Source: Candidatus Latescibacterota bacterium (GTDB taxonomy: Bacteria; Latescibacterota; UBA2968; GCA-2709665). Taken from it: a DNA stretch of 64,000 nucleotides. The notes below the pieces were generated by a model. That model did no database searches and had not been told where the DNA came from. It saw only the letters and a program-made list of their open reading frames with translations. Within the stretch, counting starts at the first letter, position 1. Each line of letters begins with the position of its first letter. Made by a program: the position numbers and the translations under genes. The stretch covers positions 4,000,001 through 4,064,000 of the forward strand of contig OZ242358.1 of assembly GCA_965208835.1 (NCBI GenBank). Reading direction: 5' to 3'. Shown in pieces: positions 1 to 9,253 of this stretch.

Positions 1-686
1 CGATCGCGGTGAAGGCTCAGCACGCGTACAACCGCACATTGAACTGGACGGAACGGGACGACTCGGAGGCGGCAACTGCGCTCGATAAGTTACTGAAGGG
101 ACCGGACGAAGAAGCCCCGGTCCAGACGCGTCTCTGCCTCGGGGACTGGTGCTGGGCGAGAGGCGTGGAACTCTCTATTGAACACAACCTGCCGTTCAAA
201 ATCCACACCGGATACTACGCGGGGAACGACCGCATGCCGGTGAGCCGGATCGCCGCGGGGAATATGTGCGCGCTGTTCGCACGATATCCGGACGCGCGTT
301 TTGTCCTGATGCACATCGCCTATCCGTATAACCATGAACTCGTTGCGCTGGCGAAGCACTACCGCAATATCTGGGTCGATCTCTGCTGGGCGTGGAGCAT
401 CGATCCATACAGTTCCAGGGACTTCCTGCGACGTTTTCTGCATGCCGTCCCCGCCAATAAACTGTTCGCGTTCGGGGGCGACACCGGATGGCCGACCGGT
501 GCGCTCGCGTATTCCATTCAGGCGCGAAATGAAATCTGCCGCACGCTTGAGGCGGAGATCGAGGACGGATATATGACGGAGAAACAGGCGATCGACGTTG
601 CGACCCGCATCATGCTGGAGAATCAGTACGCCTGTTTCGATATCGCCGGTACCCGCGCGAATATACGTGAGGCCGCCAATTCGTAG
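1..686 (+). CDS. amidohydrolase family protein (amidohydro_2 type), 5'-truncated by window edge
   Basis: Motifs KIHTG, FVLMHIAYP, DLCW and FAFGGD are typical of the amidohydrolase_2 TIM-barrel C-terminal half. Confidence 0.8.
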   Translation, partial: IAVKAQHAYNRTLNWTERDDSEAATALDKLLKGPDEEAPVQTRLCLGDWCWARGVELSIEHNLPFKIHTGYYAGNDRMPVSRIAAGNMCALFARYPDARFVLMHIAYPYNHELVALAKHYRNIWVDLCWAWSIDPYSSRDFLRRFLHAVPANKLFAFGGDTGWPTGALAYSIQARNEICRTLEAEIEDGYMTEKQAIDVATRIMLENQYACFDIAGTRANIREAANS

Positions 687-728
687 CTCCGAGTTGGCAA
701 CGCAGTTACGTTTCTTTCGTTGAACAGT

Positions 729-762
729 AAAAGCCGCCGGCTCCCTGCTACCGGCGGCTTTT
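729..762. terminator. bidirectional rho-independent terminator
   Basis: AAAAGCCGCCGG-loop-CCGGCGGCTTTT hairpin with A and T tails, between convergent genes. Confidence 0.8.
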
Positions 763-796
763 GTTGTAACTTATCCGGATGTCTCGGGCGTCCGCG

Positions 797-2080
797 CTAC
801 CAATCGGCCTCCGCGTCGAAATTCACGCGCATGGAAACCAGCGCGCGTATGGTACGTACCCTGTCTTCGCGATTGCCTTCCGTCTGTTTATACCCGCCAA
901 CCACGGCGGCCAAGTCCAGCGCGAAATACCGGTCCAGCTCAGCGCCGATCCCGAGCGTCCACGCGTCGCGGTCCGTCTCGATCCGCACCTCCGGTACGGG
1001 GCCGCCGCCCACGTATCGAACGGGATCGCGATAGTATCCGGCCCTTAGTGCAACACCCCTGCCGGGAATGGCGTATTCACCGCCCAGATGGACCCGCACC
1101 GCACTTCGGTACTGCTGTCGAAAGTCGTCGACGTACGGCGTGTTGTTCCGGGCCAGTACGTTGTAGGTCGCTTCCTGTAAATCCCCGTAGTGCACGTCGC
1201 CGCTCAACGTCAATCCCTTCGAGGACCATCCCAGACCGAATCCCAGCGAAACCGGCTGCCGTATCTCATATCTGTCAGCGTAGTTGTCGCGAGGATAAGT
1301 ATCCTTCCGGTCGTCGAACGTATCTTCGAATTCATCGACCAGTTCGGCCGACACCCGTATGGGTGTAGCCGCTGAGACCGTAAAGCCAAGGCGGAAATTG
1401 GACGGATGCCAGTAATGGATGCCGCCCTGAACGCCCAACGAGGAAAAGCTGTCGTCGGATTCGAAACGCTGGTAGATACTTACCGTATCCACGTGGACCT
1501 GTCGAACGTCTTCAAGCGTGAGTTCCTGCATGAATCGGTTGGTTCCACGCCATTTGTAAAGCGAAATACCCGCTGACAGGCGCGGCGCCAGATCGATAGC
1601 GGCGCCCATTGTCCAGGCGCCGAAGGTGCCTCTGTCTTCCGAGAATCCCGACTTGTCGAATTCGTCGACTTCATCGTACGCGTCGATCCGCAATCCGCCG
1701 TCGAAGTGCCGGACGCGACCGAATCCCCCCGCAACTACAAGGCTTCCCCGGTAGACCGGTATGGGGTAGACGATCCCTCCAGTAGCAAAGCGTGTGCTGT
1801 TCAGCTTAAACGCCGAAGCCTGGCTGAAGAAATGCGACTCATTCCGATAGCGGTCATGGGACATCCCCCACGAGATGGACCCGCGCCGGGCCCGTGCCAA
1901 GCCTGCCGGGTTCCAGAAGAGACCGGAGAAGTCATCCGATACCGTGACGTAAGCGCCCCCCATCCCCATCGCGCGCGCGCCGATTCCGGAAAACCCGTCC
2001 AGCGCAACCTCCTGCGCGTTGAGCGCTGCTGTCCAGGCGCATATCGCCACAATCGGAACCATATGAAGCACTCGCCTCAT
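797..2080 (-). CDS. outer-membrane beta-barrel protein, OmpP1/FadL-like
   Basis: Signal peptide; GARAMGMGGA...DDFSGLFWNPAGLA N-terminal motif; alternating beta-strand pattern. Confidence 0.75.
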   Translation of the reverse strand: MRRVLHMVPIVAICAWTAALNAQEVALDGFSGIGARAMGMGGAYVTVSDDFSGLFWNPAGLARARRGSISWGMSHDRYRNESHFFSQASAFKLNSTRFATGGIVYPIPVYRGSLVVAGGFGRVRHFDGGLRIDAYDEVDEFDKSGFSEDRGTFGAWTMGAAIDLAPRLSAGISLYKWRGTNRFMQELTLEDVRQVHVDTVSIYQRFESDDSFSSLGVQGGIHYWHPSNFRLGFTVSAATPIRVSAELVDEFEDTFDDRKDTYPRDNYADRYEIRQPVSLGFGLGWSSKGLTLSGDVHYGDLQEATYNVLARNNTPYVDDFRQQYRSAVRVHLGGEYAIPGRGVALRAGYYRDPVRYVGGGPVPEVRIETDRDAWTLGIGAELDRYFALDLAAVVGGYKQTEGNREDRVRTIRALVSMRVNFDAEADW

Positions 2081-2748
2081 CGCATTCCCCCTCTGCGACG
2101 CTGACCCTCGCGTTTCTCCTCGCGCTTTTCCTCCTGTTTCTTCTCTTCTTTGGGTTTAGACGACTGACCGCCGTCCGAATCACGTGGTTTCGAGGCGGTC
2201 CTCGATGTGCTGCCCGATCGTTCAGTCTTCGAATCGGTTCGGATGGCGCTTGCCGCGGGCGCTTGTCGCCTCCGCGTCGTCTTTTTTATCCTGCCCTTCC
2301 GGACGGTACCGGCGGGCGCGTGCTCCCCACCCCGTAATCCGGTGTATCTGATGCGCAGGCGTGGTTCGTGAAGGTCGATCGGATCTGCGTCGACCGGACG
2401 ATATCTGTACGTGGGAGCGGGCAATCGTCCGCGCGCAAGAACCCGCCGCATCCACCCCCTCCACCAGGGTCCGTATGCTGCCGTCCAGTAGGCATGTCTC
2501 CATCGGAAACCGCGTCTCGCCCACGACGGATATGCCGGGAAATAGGGTTCGTAATACCGCGCCACACCCCATCCGTACGAATCGAAACTGTTATACACAT
2601 ACTGTCTGTATACGACAACAGTGTCGATATCCGCGGGCGAAGCGTAACCGACCGGTCCTTCCGTTTCGTATTCTGGCGGCCGAATCTGCGTATAACATCC
2701 GGCAAGTGAGAACACACACGTCAGCGCACGGCAGATACGATACACCAT
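2077..2748 (-). CDS. hypothetical lipoprotein with low-complexity basic tail
   Basis: GGGAGG RBS before ATG 2748; lipobox-like LAGC-YTQ; stop overlaps the start of the OMP gene. Confidence 0.6.
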   Translation of the reverse strand: MVYRICRALTCVFSLAGCYTQIRPPEYETEGPVGYASPADIDTVVVYRQYVYNSFDSYGWGVARYYEPYFPAYPSWARRGFRWRHAYWTAAYGPWWRGWMRRVLARGRLPAPTYRYRPVDADPIDLHEPRLRIRYTGLRGGEHAPAGTVRKGRIKKTTRRRQAPAASAIRTDSKTERSGSTSRTASKPRDSDGGQSSKPKEEKKQEEKREEKREGQRRRGGMR

Positions 2749-3029
2749 GGCAGCCTCCCTTGATCTGAAATCCGCACATCTCTTCTGTGCCGCCGCCACA
2801 ACGCCTCCCATACACCAAATAATAGCCAATTTCCAAACTGGACACAATACCACGAGCATTGAAGTTACTTGTGGGAAAAAGGGAGAGGTGAGAAAATCGG
2901 GTAGACGCGAGACGTGAGACGGCAGAAGAAAACCTTGCCCGTTATTCTATTTCTCATCGCCTACGGCAGGAGGAGAAACCTTACAAGGCATATAATCTCT
3001 ACCGTCTCCCGGCTTACGTCTTCCCGCCT

Positions 3030-3401
3030 TTAGCAGACTGCTGATCGCTGATTGCGTTTTTTGCTGTTCTTCCGGAACAGCGTCGCGATGAGGGAACGGA
3101 ACCCCATGATCTTGCCTCTGCCAGGTTCTTCTTCCACACAGCAGGATTCCGAACCGGAACCGCTGCTTCCTGTTATTTCGGCGAGTCGGGACTCAATTTC
3201 GTCGTTTTCAGGAAACCGACCCTCCTTCAGCTTTGAGAAGACCGTCTCCCCATCAGCAGCGATCTCAAATCTTCCCCTTCCCGAGGGAACCAGCGTGAAA
3301 CGCGAGATATCCGTCTTGTATTTTTCCAGCACGTGGCGCGTCAAACTGACGGCCTGGTCCTCGTAGCCTCACCTGGCGCAGTAGACGAGTTCGATGTCCA
3401 A
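3030..3401 (-). CDS. SelT/SelW/SelH (Rdx family) selenoprotein, CxxU with in-frame UGA at 3369-3371
   Basis: GGAGG RBS then TTG; reads MDIELVYCAR-UGA-GYEDQAVSL...LVPSGRGRFEI...VFSKLKEGRFP, the canonical Rdx pattern; the two ORF-track pieces are in the same frame. Confidence 0.85.
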
Positions 3402-3504
3402 AGTGGACCTCCTTCCGGTGAGAACAATTGTCTGGTAAGAGAGCGGACTGGTTTGACATCGCCGCAGCCCCAGCTCGATCGCGAATTTCGACCAGACGCG
3501 GGTT

Positions 3505-4137
3505 TCAGCCCGAATCGCCGGTATAGAAGGCGGTCGTGCGCCTTGCCGCCGCGCGTGCGGCGATGGGGTCTGTGCCGGCCGCAACGGCAGCCTTTTCCCA
3601 TCCCCTGCTGCTGCCTGCAATATACGCCCTGCCTTCAGGAGAAACGGTGAACCCGGCTTCGTCCAGCAATGGCTCTTCCGGTTGGCTGACATGGATGGAT
3701 AGTCCCATGAGACCCATTTCCCACCCTACACCGGCCGCGCCGGGTCCATATTCGTCCCAGTGTTGCGAATGGTAGGCCGTGTGGGTGAGAGTAAGCCGCG
3801 CATGTCCGGCATGATCCTCTGAGATACCCGCCTCCACCCAGCTGACGTCCCCGCCGAATTCCCAGGTGACCTCGAAATAAGATGGTCGCCGGCACGCATT
3901 AATCACCCCGCCCGCGTTGCCCTCCAGTTGAAAACGGCCGTTCAGTTCCAGTTCGCCGCAGATCGGGAGAAACCAGCGCGAAATCCGCCGACCGTTTGTC
4001 ACAGCTTCCCACAAGTCCGCGACCGTCGTGGGGTAGCTGCGGACAACCGCGACCGAGTGAGCTGATCTTCCATCGCGCTCCAGCGACGACACGCAGCGTG
4101 CTGCCGCGTTCAATTGCGCTTCGACATCGAAGCGCAT
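3505..4137 (-). CDS. SRPBCC/AHSA1-like (START) domain protein
   Basis: DLWEAVT...RISRWFLP...GRFQLEGNAGG and GPGAAGVGWE motifs; AGGAGG RBS before ATG 4137. Confidence 0.8.
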   Translation of the reverse strand: MRFDVEAQLNAAARCVSSLERDGRSAHSVAVVRSYPTTVADLWEAVTNGRRISRWFLPICGELELNGRFQLEGNAGGVINACRRPSYFEVTWEFGGDVSWVEAGISEDHAGHARLTLTHTAYHSQHWDEYGPGAAGVGWEMGLMGLSIHVSQPEEPLLDEAGFTVSPEGRAYIAGSSRGWEKAAVAAGTDPIAARAAARRTTAFYTGDSG

Positions 4138-4153
4138 GGCGTCCTCCTGTTGA

Positions 4154-5614
4154 TTAAGGCACAGTCCCGACAGCTCGTCGTGCGATGCTTCGAAGAAGCC
4201 CACCGAACAACAGAACATGAATTGGATACAGGGCGTGCCAGTAGAAGCGCCCCCATAAGCCCGTCGGGTCGAAAACGGCGGTCTGGCGCACCCTGGATCC
4301 CCCTCCGTTCCGCGAAGTGACGTCGAATTCGAGCCAGCCTCGCCCTGGCAGCTTCATCTCTGCTGCAAGCCTGAGACGAACATTCGGCTCGCAGACATCC
4401 ACCCGCCAACAGTCCAGGACGTCCCCCGCGGCCAGGTTCTCCGGGTCTCGCCGACCGCGGTTCATGCCAACCCCGCCCAGGAGAAGATCGACCAGACCGC
4501 GCAGGCGCCACATCCAGTCACCGAAGTACCAGCCCCGGACCCCTCCAATGCGCCGTATGGGGGCGAAAGCTGCCTCGGGTTTGACCGGGAGATCGACAGC
4601 GGCCGAGTGGATCATCCGGCCACGGATACGTACGCCGCCCCAGCGCAGGGCCATTCCGGCCGTCAGCAGGGTCTCCGACCACGGCGTGACGGCGAACGTC
4701 GCGTCCTCTTCCTCTACGGCCCGTGAGATGGCCGCCCGCAATCCGAGCGGCGTAATTGGAAAAGCGGTCCGCGCAGCAGCGTCGTTTACGACGGTGGCAG
4801 TGCGAAGACCGTCGACCAGTTCGCGGCCGACCCGCGCGTAAACCGGAGTTGTCAGCCCCAGCCAGAGGCTCGAAAGGCGGGGTGTCAGCAGCGGCACGGG
4901 AATCAACAGGCGCCGAAGACCGCGCTGCCGGGCGTACTCCCGCATGATCTCGCGGTAGGAGACCACGTCTGCTCCGCCCACTTCGAACTGCCGGCTTTCT
5001 CCATGAGGAAGGCCAAGTGCCGCAACAAGATACGCGATCAGGTCGGCAAGTGCGATCGGTTGGGTGGGCGTACGCACCCACGAGGGGCAGACCATCACAG
5101 GCAGGCGCTCCACGAGGGCCCGGATCAGTTCGAACGAGAGGCTGCCGGCGCCAAGCACGATCCCGCTGCGGAACTCGATCACGGGCACGCCGGACTCCCG
5201 CAACACCTCGCCTGTCTCGTGACGACTGCGCAGGTGTTTGGAGAGCCCCTCGGCGGCGCCGAGCCCACCCACGTATACGATGCGCCGCACGCCGGCGGCG
5301 CGAGCCGCGTCACCGAAGTTGCGAGCCGCGTCACGGTCCCGGGATTCGAAATCGGCGCTTCCGCCCATCGAGTGAACCAGGTAATACGCGGTTTCGACGC
5401 CCGAAAATGCGGCCGCAAGCGACGCCGGATCGAAGCAGTCACCGCGAGCAATGCTGCTCTGCGGTCCGACCTTCCCGTTGAGCGCCGCAGGACGGCGGGT
5501 CATGCAACGGACCGGTCGACCCTTCGCCTCGAGTGCCTCGAGCAGCCGTCCGCCGATGCAACCCGTGGCGCCGGTCAGCAGAATCTCGGGCTGTGGTTGC
5601 GTCTCATTCGTCAT
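4154..5614 (-). CDS. NAD(P)-binding SDR/epimerase-like protein with C-terminal DUF2867-like domain (YbjT-like)
   Basis: LLTGATGCIG Rossmann motif; YYLVHSM, SKHLRSR and LRLAAEMKLPGRGWLEF motifs. Confidence 0.8.
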   Translation of the reverse strand: MTNETQPQPEILLTGATGCIGGRLLEALEAKGRPVRCMTRRPAALNGKVGPQSSIARGDCFDPASLAAAFSGVETAYYLVHSMGGSADFESRDRDAARNFGDAARAAGVRRIVYVGGLGAAEGLSKHLRSRHETGEVLRESGVPVIEFRSGIVLGAGSLSFELIRALVERLPVMVCPSWVRTPTQPIALADLIAYLVAALGLPHGESRQFEVGGADVVSYREIMREYARQRGLRRLLIPVPLLTPRLSSLWLGLTTPVYARVGRELVDGLRTATVVNDAAARTAFPITPLGLRAAISRAVEEEDATFAVTPWSETLLTAGMALRWGGVRIRGRMIHSAAVDLPVKPEAAFAPIRRIGGVRGWYFGDWMWRLRGLVDLLLGGVGMNRGRRDPENLAAGDVLDCWRVDVCEPNVRLRLAAEMKLPGRGWLEFDVTSRNGGGSRVRQTAVFDPTGLWGRFYWHALYPIHVLLFGGLLRSIARRAVGTVP

Positions 5615-5665
5615 GCGGTCATTTCAGTTACGTCTCTGTCAGGTTGTGCCGAGGTCCAATCTGGC

Positions 5666-5847
5666 GTAGAGGCGACCCGCAGGTCGCCCCTACAGAGAGG
5701 AGGATCTCGGCGATCCGATCTGGTACGAATATACAAAAGGGGGAGGCGGGACTCAACCCGTTCCCCTTTGAATTCGAAAGGCAATCGTGAGATCATCCGG
5801 GTCATTAGGTCAAATCAGACGCAGGGCGACCGGCCGGTCGCCCCTAC
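5666..5847. repeat. two REP palindromes (GTAG-type) downstream of RAYT
   Basis: GTAGAGGCGACCCGCAGGTCGCCCCTAC at 5666-5693 and GCAGGGCGACCGGCCGGTCGCCCCTAC at 5821-5847. Confidence 0.8.
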
Positions 5848-5860
5848 AAAACGATGGGTT

Positions 5861-6424
5861 TCAACATTCCGCTACGACAGGATTCTCCGGGTCTTCCGGC
5901 CATCTGACCGGGTTTTCCCCGATGTATTGCCGAATCCTATTTAAGCTAGACTGATTCCTGATTACGTGGTCGTAGTAACTGCGCTGCCAGACCGCCGCAC
6001 CCGGCGTGCCGCGGAACGAGTTGATGCGTTTGGTTACGGAAGACTTGAACCCTGCCATAAGTGCGCCAAGTGACCTGGCGTGTGGCCCTCCAGGAGCGAC
6101 CGGCCGCTCTGTCCCCTTTCGTTCGTCATTGAGCATGACGATTCCGTGAATATGGTTGGGCATCACAATCCAGGCGTCCAATTGGACTTCACTGCGGACT
6201 TGTGCAGACTTCAACCATTCCTCGGCGGCGATCCGCCCCAAGTCGTTTAGCTGCGTCTCAGCGTCGACCACTTCGCCAAAAAGCAGCTCCCGTCCGAACG
6301 TGCAAGCCGTAATAAAGTAAGCTCCTTTACGAGAATAGTCATATTTCCGCAATCGGAGCGACTGACGACGACGTTTTCCAGGATAGAAAGAAGCGTTCGC
6401 TATCATCTCGGTGTTTTGAAACAC
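5861..6424 (-). mobile_element. REP-associated tyrosine transposase (RAYT, Y1/HUH)
   Basis: RRQSLRL..YDY..GAYFITACT, HUH motif IVMPNHIHGI, WQRSYYDHVIRN, YI..NP; flanked by REPs. Confidence 0.9.
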
Positions 6425-6464
6425 GTAATCTCGTCACGATAGTATGCAAGCGATCAATTTCGGC

Positions 6465-6492
6465 GTAGGGGCGACCGGCCGGTCGCCCGTAC
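6465..6492. repeat. REP palindrome; further copies at 7764-7790, 8691-8707 (partial), 39698-39721, 40451-40478, 42143-42166, 43861-43887
   Basis: GTAGGGGCGACCGGCCGGTCGCCC(C/G)TAC recurs in intergenic regions. Confidence 0.85.
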
Positions 6493-6706
6493 AACAGCAA
6501 TTCCCGCGCCACGAACCAGGCGTCACACCTGTTCGGATCGGTCGCGACGCGGGATTTTCAGTCGTCGCCAGGGAGAACTGGAGCTCCCATCAATTCCCCA
6601 GATCCAACACCTTGGCGCCCAGATATGGAATTGAGAAGGAAAGAGTTGACATCGTGCACTATATCAGGTAGTTATATTGCAGGCTGAAAAAAAACGGAGG
6701 CCTCTG

Positions 6707-6958
6707 ATGAAGACCGCTCTCGTACAAATCGGAGATTCACGCGGCATCCTTATACCCGGGTCGTTCCTGGAACAATGCCAATTTCCGGACGAAGTGGAGC
6801 TCGAAAACCACGGAGATCATTTGATTGTTCGTCCCACTTCGAAGCCCCGAAGCGGATGGGAGGACGCCTTTCGTCGTATGCGCGAAAACGGGGACGATAA
6901 CTTACTGGATGATGCGTCTCAGTCATTCGACGAATGGGACATCACGGAGATTCCTTAG
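6707..6958 (+). CDS. AbrB/MazE/SpoVT-family antitoxin (no adjacent toxin seen)
   Basis: MKTALVQIGDSRGILIP...VEL...LIVRP..PRSGWEDAF pattern; GGAGG RBS. Confidence 0.75.
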   Translation: MKTALVQIGDSRGILIPGSFLEQCQFPDEVELENHGDHLIVRPTSKPRSGWEDAFRRMRENGDDNLLDDASQSFDEWDITEIP

Positions 6959-7101
6959 GTCCAAACTTCGGCGATAGAAGCGGCAATCGGCAAGTCGAAA
7001 TAGACGGGTTCTTAGGTAGGTCGCTCAAGAGGACGACACTAGCGGGACTCAGGTGCAGCCTGTCGCTAGCCGGATGTTAACCAAGCAGATTGGAGGAAGT
7101 G

Positions 7102-7767
7102 ATGCGTACACTCTTGGTATTCCTCTCGATGACGTTTGCCTCGATTCAATTCGCACAGGCGCAGCCGGCAGATGTCGCGAGTCATGTTGCGGCGCTTAAA
7201 GGCAAGACGTTCTGGCTGAAGATCGCTTTTGTAGAGGTGAACGACGGGATTCGGGGCATCGATGCCGCAAATGTCCTGGAGAACGGCGAAGTTTCGTATC
7301 GCGCAACAATAGGTGGTTTTCGCCAGTCGCAATCCCAGTCGGCCGAGGATTTCGCCGAAGAAGTCCGGAATATAGTTATTCGGGATGAACTTTCCGGTTG
7401 GAGCGTGCGGGTTATTGAAAGGGGCGCGAAAGCTGTCATCCGAAAAGCCGAGGCAAGGGAGAAAGAGGTCTATATAGAACTCGACAAGCTGTCAGGCGCC
7501 CGGCATGCCGTTCGCCTTAAAGTCAATAGAGACAATTATACAATTGCCGAAGTCGATCGCCTCTTCAAGATTGCCTTTGCCGCAAGCGAAGCGAAACTGG
7601 CAGGTTCGGAAGCAACCGTGCTACTTGAGATGAATATGTCCATCGAGGAAGTAATCGACCGCAAAGGCAAGCCCGGAACGCGCATTGAACTCGGCACCAA
7701 AACCATTCTCGCCTATGATGGCCTGAAGCTGATATTCACGGATGGGAAGCTGGTGGATGCGCAGTAG
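7102..7767 (+). CDS. hypothetical secreted protein
   Basis: GGAGG RBS, N-terminal signal peptide, 221 codons; C-terminal KLIFTDGKLVDAQ. Confidence 0.65.
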   Translation: MRTLLVFLSMTFASIQFAQAQPADVASHVAALKGKTFWLKIAFVEVNDGIRGIDAANVLENGEVSYRATIGGFRQSQSQSAEDFAEEVRNIVIRDELSGWSVRVIERGAKAVIRKAEAREKEVYIELDKLSGARHAVRLKVNRDNYTIAEVDRLFKIAFAASEAKLAGSEATVLLEMNMSIEEVIDRKGKPGTRIELGTKTILAYDGLKLIFTDGKLVDAQ

Positions 7768-7964
7768 TGCGACCGGCCGGTCGCCCCTTCAGGCATCATT
7801 GTGGGTCCGAGACGGACCACGCTTCGCAGACCCTTTACACCGGATTGCTCTCGCCGGTTCCCTCGCTATAGTACGCCGTCCCCACATTGTAAATCGCGTC
7901 GCGCCTCTGGCAATACCCGTTTCTGCTCAAGGCGCGCTGCGCGTTTAAGGCGATGTCTCCATCC

Positions 7965-8186
7965 TCATTCTGATCCAGGATCCTCACCAGGTTCGTTTCG
8001 GCGCGGGGCGCAGACACGTTCCGCATCCGCCGCTTCCCACGCGGCCAGTTGTTCCGCGGTGGGCACATACAAGCCTGCTCTCCTGTAGTCGTCATCACTA
8101 AACGGCGTGCCGCCGGCATGCCAGGCGCGGCCGACGATCGGGTCAGTGAATCTTGAACCTCCCGGAGCGGGGTTTCGTTCGTCCAT
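7965..8186 (-). CDS. small protein, WHxDGTP family copy A
   Basis: DPIVGRAWHAGGTPFSDDDYRRAGLYVPTAEQLAAW; ATG 4 nt after the repeat end; homologous to five other ORFs in the window. Confidence 0.7.
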   Translation of the reverse strand: MDERNPAPGGSRFTDPIVGRAWHAGGTPFSDDDYRRAGLYVPTAEQLAAWEAADAERVCAPRRNEPGEDPGSE

Positions 8187-8193
8187 GATAGTT

Positions 8194-8418
8194 TCAATCC
8201 TTGTTCTGAAGGTGGACTTCGTCCGGTCCGACCCGCGGGCCTTCGTCAGTGTCGTGCTTGGCTTTCATATCGTCAATCAGTCGCTCGGTCTCGGCCCAAT
8301 GGGCAAGCTGTTCCGGGGTCGGAACGGGCAGGTTCGCCCGGCGATAGTCGGCATCGGAGAAGGGCGTGCCGTCCGGGTGCCAGCACTGAAAGCCGGCGGA
8401 GTCTTGTCTGTTTCGCAT
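8194..8418 (-). CDS. small protein, WHxDGTP family copy B
   Basis: CWHPDGTPFSDADYRRANLPVPTPEQLAHW; ATG 4 nt after the repeat; stop is the TGA of the next repeat's ATTGAAAC. Confidence 0.7.
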   Translation of the reverse strand: MRNRQDSAGFQCWHPDGTPFSDADYRRANLPVPTPEQLAHWAETERLIDDMKAKHDTDEGPRVGPDEVHLQNKD

Positions 8419-8615
8419 AGCTGTTTCAATCCCTATTCTGTTTGAAGGTCTCCGCCGTGCGAGCCGGCGACGAACGCTCAGCCCTCCACCCGGTTGTACC
8501 TCCGCAACTCCTCCCGCAGCCGGTCATGCGGAAGCGCGCACAATATCACTTCGTTGAATTCCTTCATCTACTCGCCCGCCGCGATCATTTCGACCGCGAC
8601 AAGATAAATCCGATA

Positions 8616-8634
8616 TGTCGCAGGAATTGCGACA
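8616..8634. promoter_or_regulatory. palindromic operator TGTCGCA-N5-TGCGACA (candidate WYL site)
   Basis: Same arms and spacing as the palindrome at 41712-41730 upstream of the WYL gene. Confidence 0.55.
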
Positions 8635-8803
8635 ATCAGGTTAAAAAACCTACCATCGGCGGTGCGCTGTCAGCTGAAGGTTCGGGCCAACGGCCGGTCG
8701 CCCCTACCTAACGGTTATTGTTAAACCAGCTTCCAGGCTGGCGGGTGCCGACACTGACGAGCATACAAAAGCGATCTCTTTCGCTGAATTCTCAATCGTG
8801 CGC

Positions 8804-8850
8804 TTGACAACGTATTCCGTTCGTTTATATTGTTATGTTATAACATAACA
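8804..8850 (+). promoter_or_regulatory. sigma70 promoter with overlapping Zur box
   Basis: TTGACA-N16-TATATT followed by the perfect 20-bp palindrome TGTTATGTTATAACATAACA (8831-8850), upstream of the zinc-uptake cluster. Confidence 0.75.
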
Positions 8851-8990
8851 TCATTCAATCGTAGAGGACGACCCGCCTGTCATGAAACCAGCCGCAACCT
8901 GGCCTGTATCGACAGCCTCTACATCACGCCAGGCCGCGGGCGATCAGCCCGTTGAACTGCACCAGAACCTCGACTCCGGCGTAAACCTAA

Positions 8991-9150
8991 CAGCCCGTTG
9001 AAAAAGTCCATCCGGGCTACGGCCGGCCCTTGCGGTCGAAATACTGCGTTGTGCTCCCTCGCCGAATCGCAGGATGGGACTCGGTCGCGCGCCTTGTCTT
9101 CGACCACAATGGTTCGGCCTCGCCTGCAGAGCGACTTTATCAACGAACTG
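8991..9150. mobile_element. 160-bp MITE copy 1
   Basis: Imperfect TIRs CAGCCCGTTGAAAAAGTC / GACTTTATCAACGAACTG; flanked by CTAA direct repeat; near-identical to 56215-56374. Confidence 0.75.
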
Positions 9151-9253
9151 CTAAGCCCGTGGCAAAAGCCAGCCCAAATGCCGCCTCAACCGGCATCAAT
9201 GAAAGCGGCGGCGATGGCCTCGGCATTCGGTTTTCTGAAACGGTGACGATTTG

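Larger units (their letters stand above)
7955..8459 (-). repeat. three CRISPR-like 37-nt repeats (7955-7991 degenerate, 8191-8227, 8423-8459) at ~235-nt period, enclosing mini-ORFs
   Basis: Minus-strand 3' ends: CAGAATGAGGATGGAGAC, CAGAACAAGGATTGAAAC, CAGAATAGGGATTGAAAC. Confidence 0.7.

Noticed and set aside
7955-8459. Integron cassette (attC) interpretation of the mini-ORF array
   Set aside because: No integron integrase in the window, and the repeats lack the long RYYYAAC...GTTRRRY attC palindrome; they end in the CRISPR-type ATTGAAAC.
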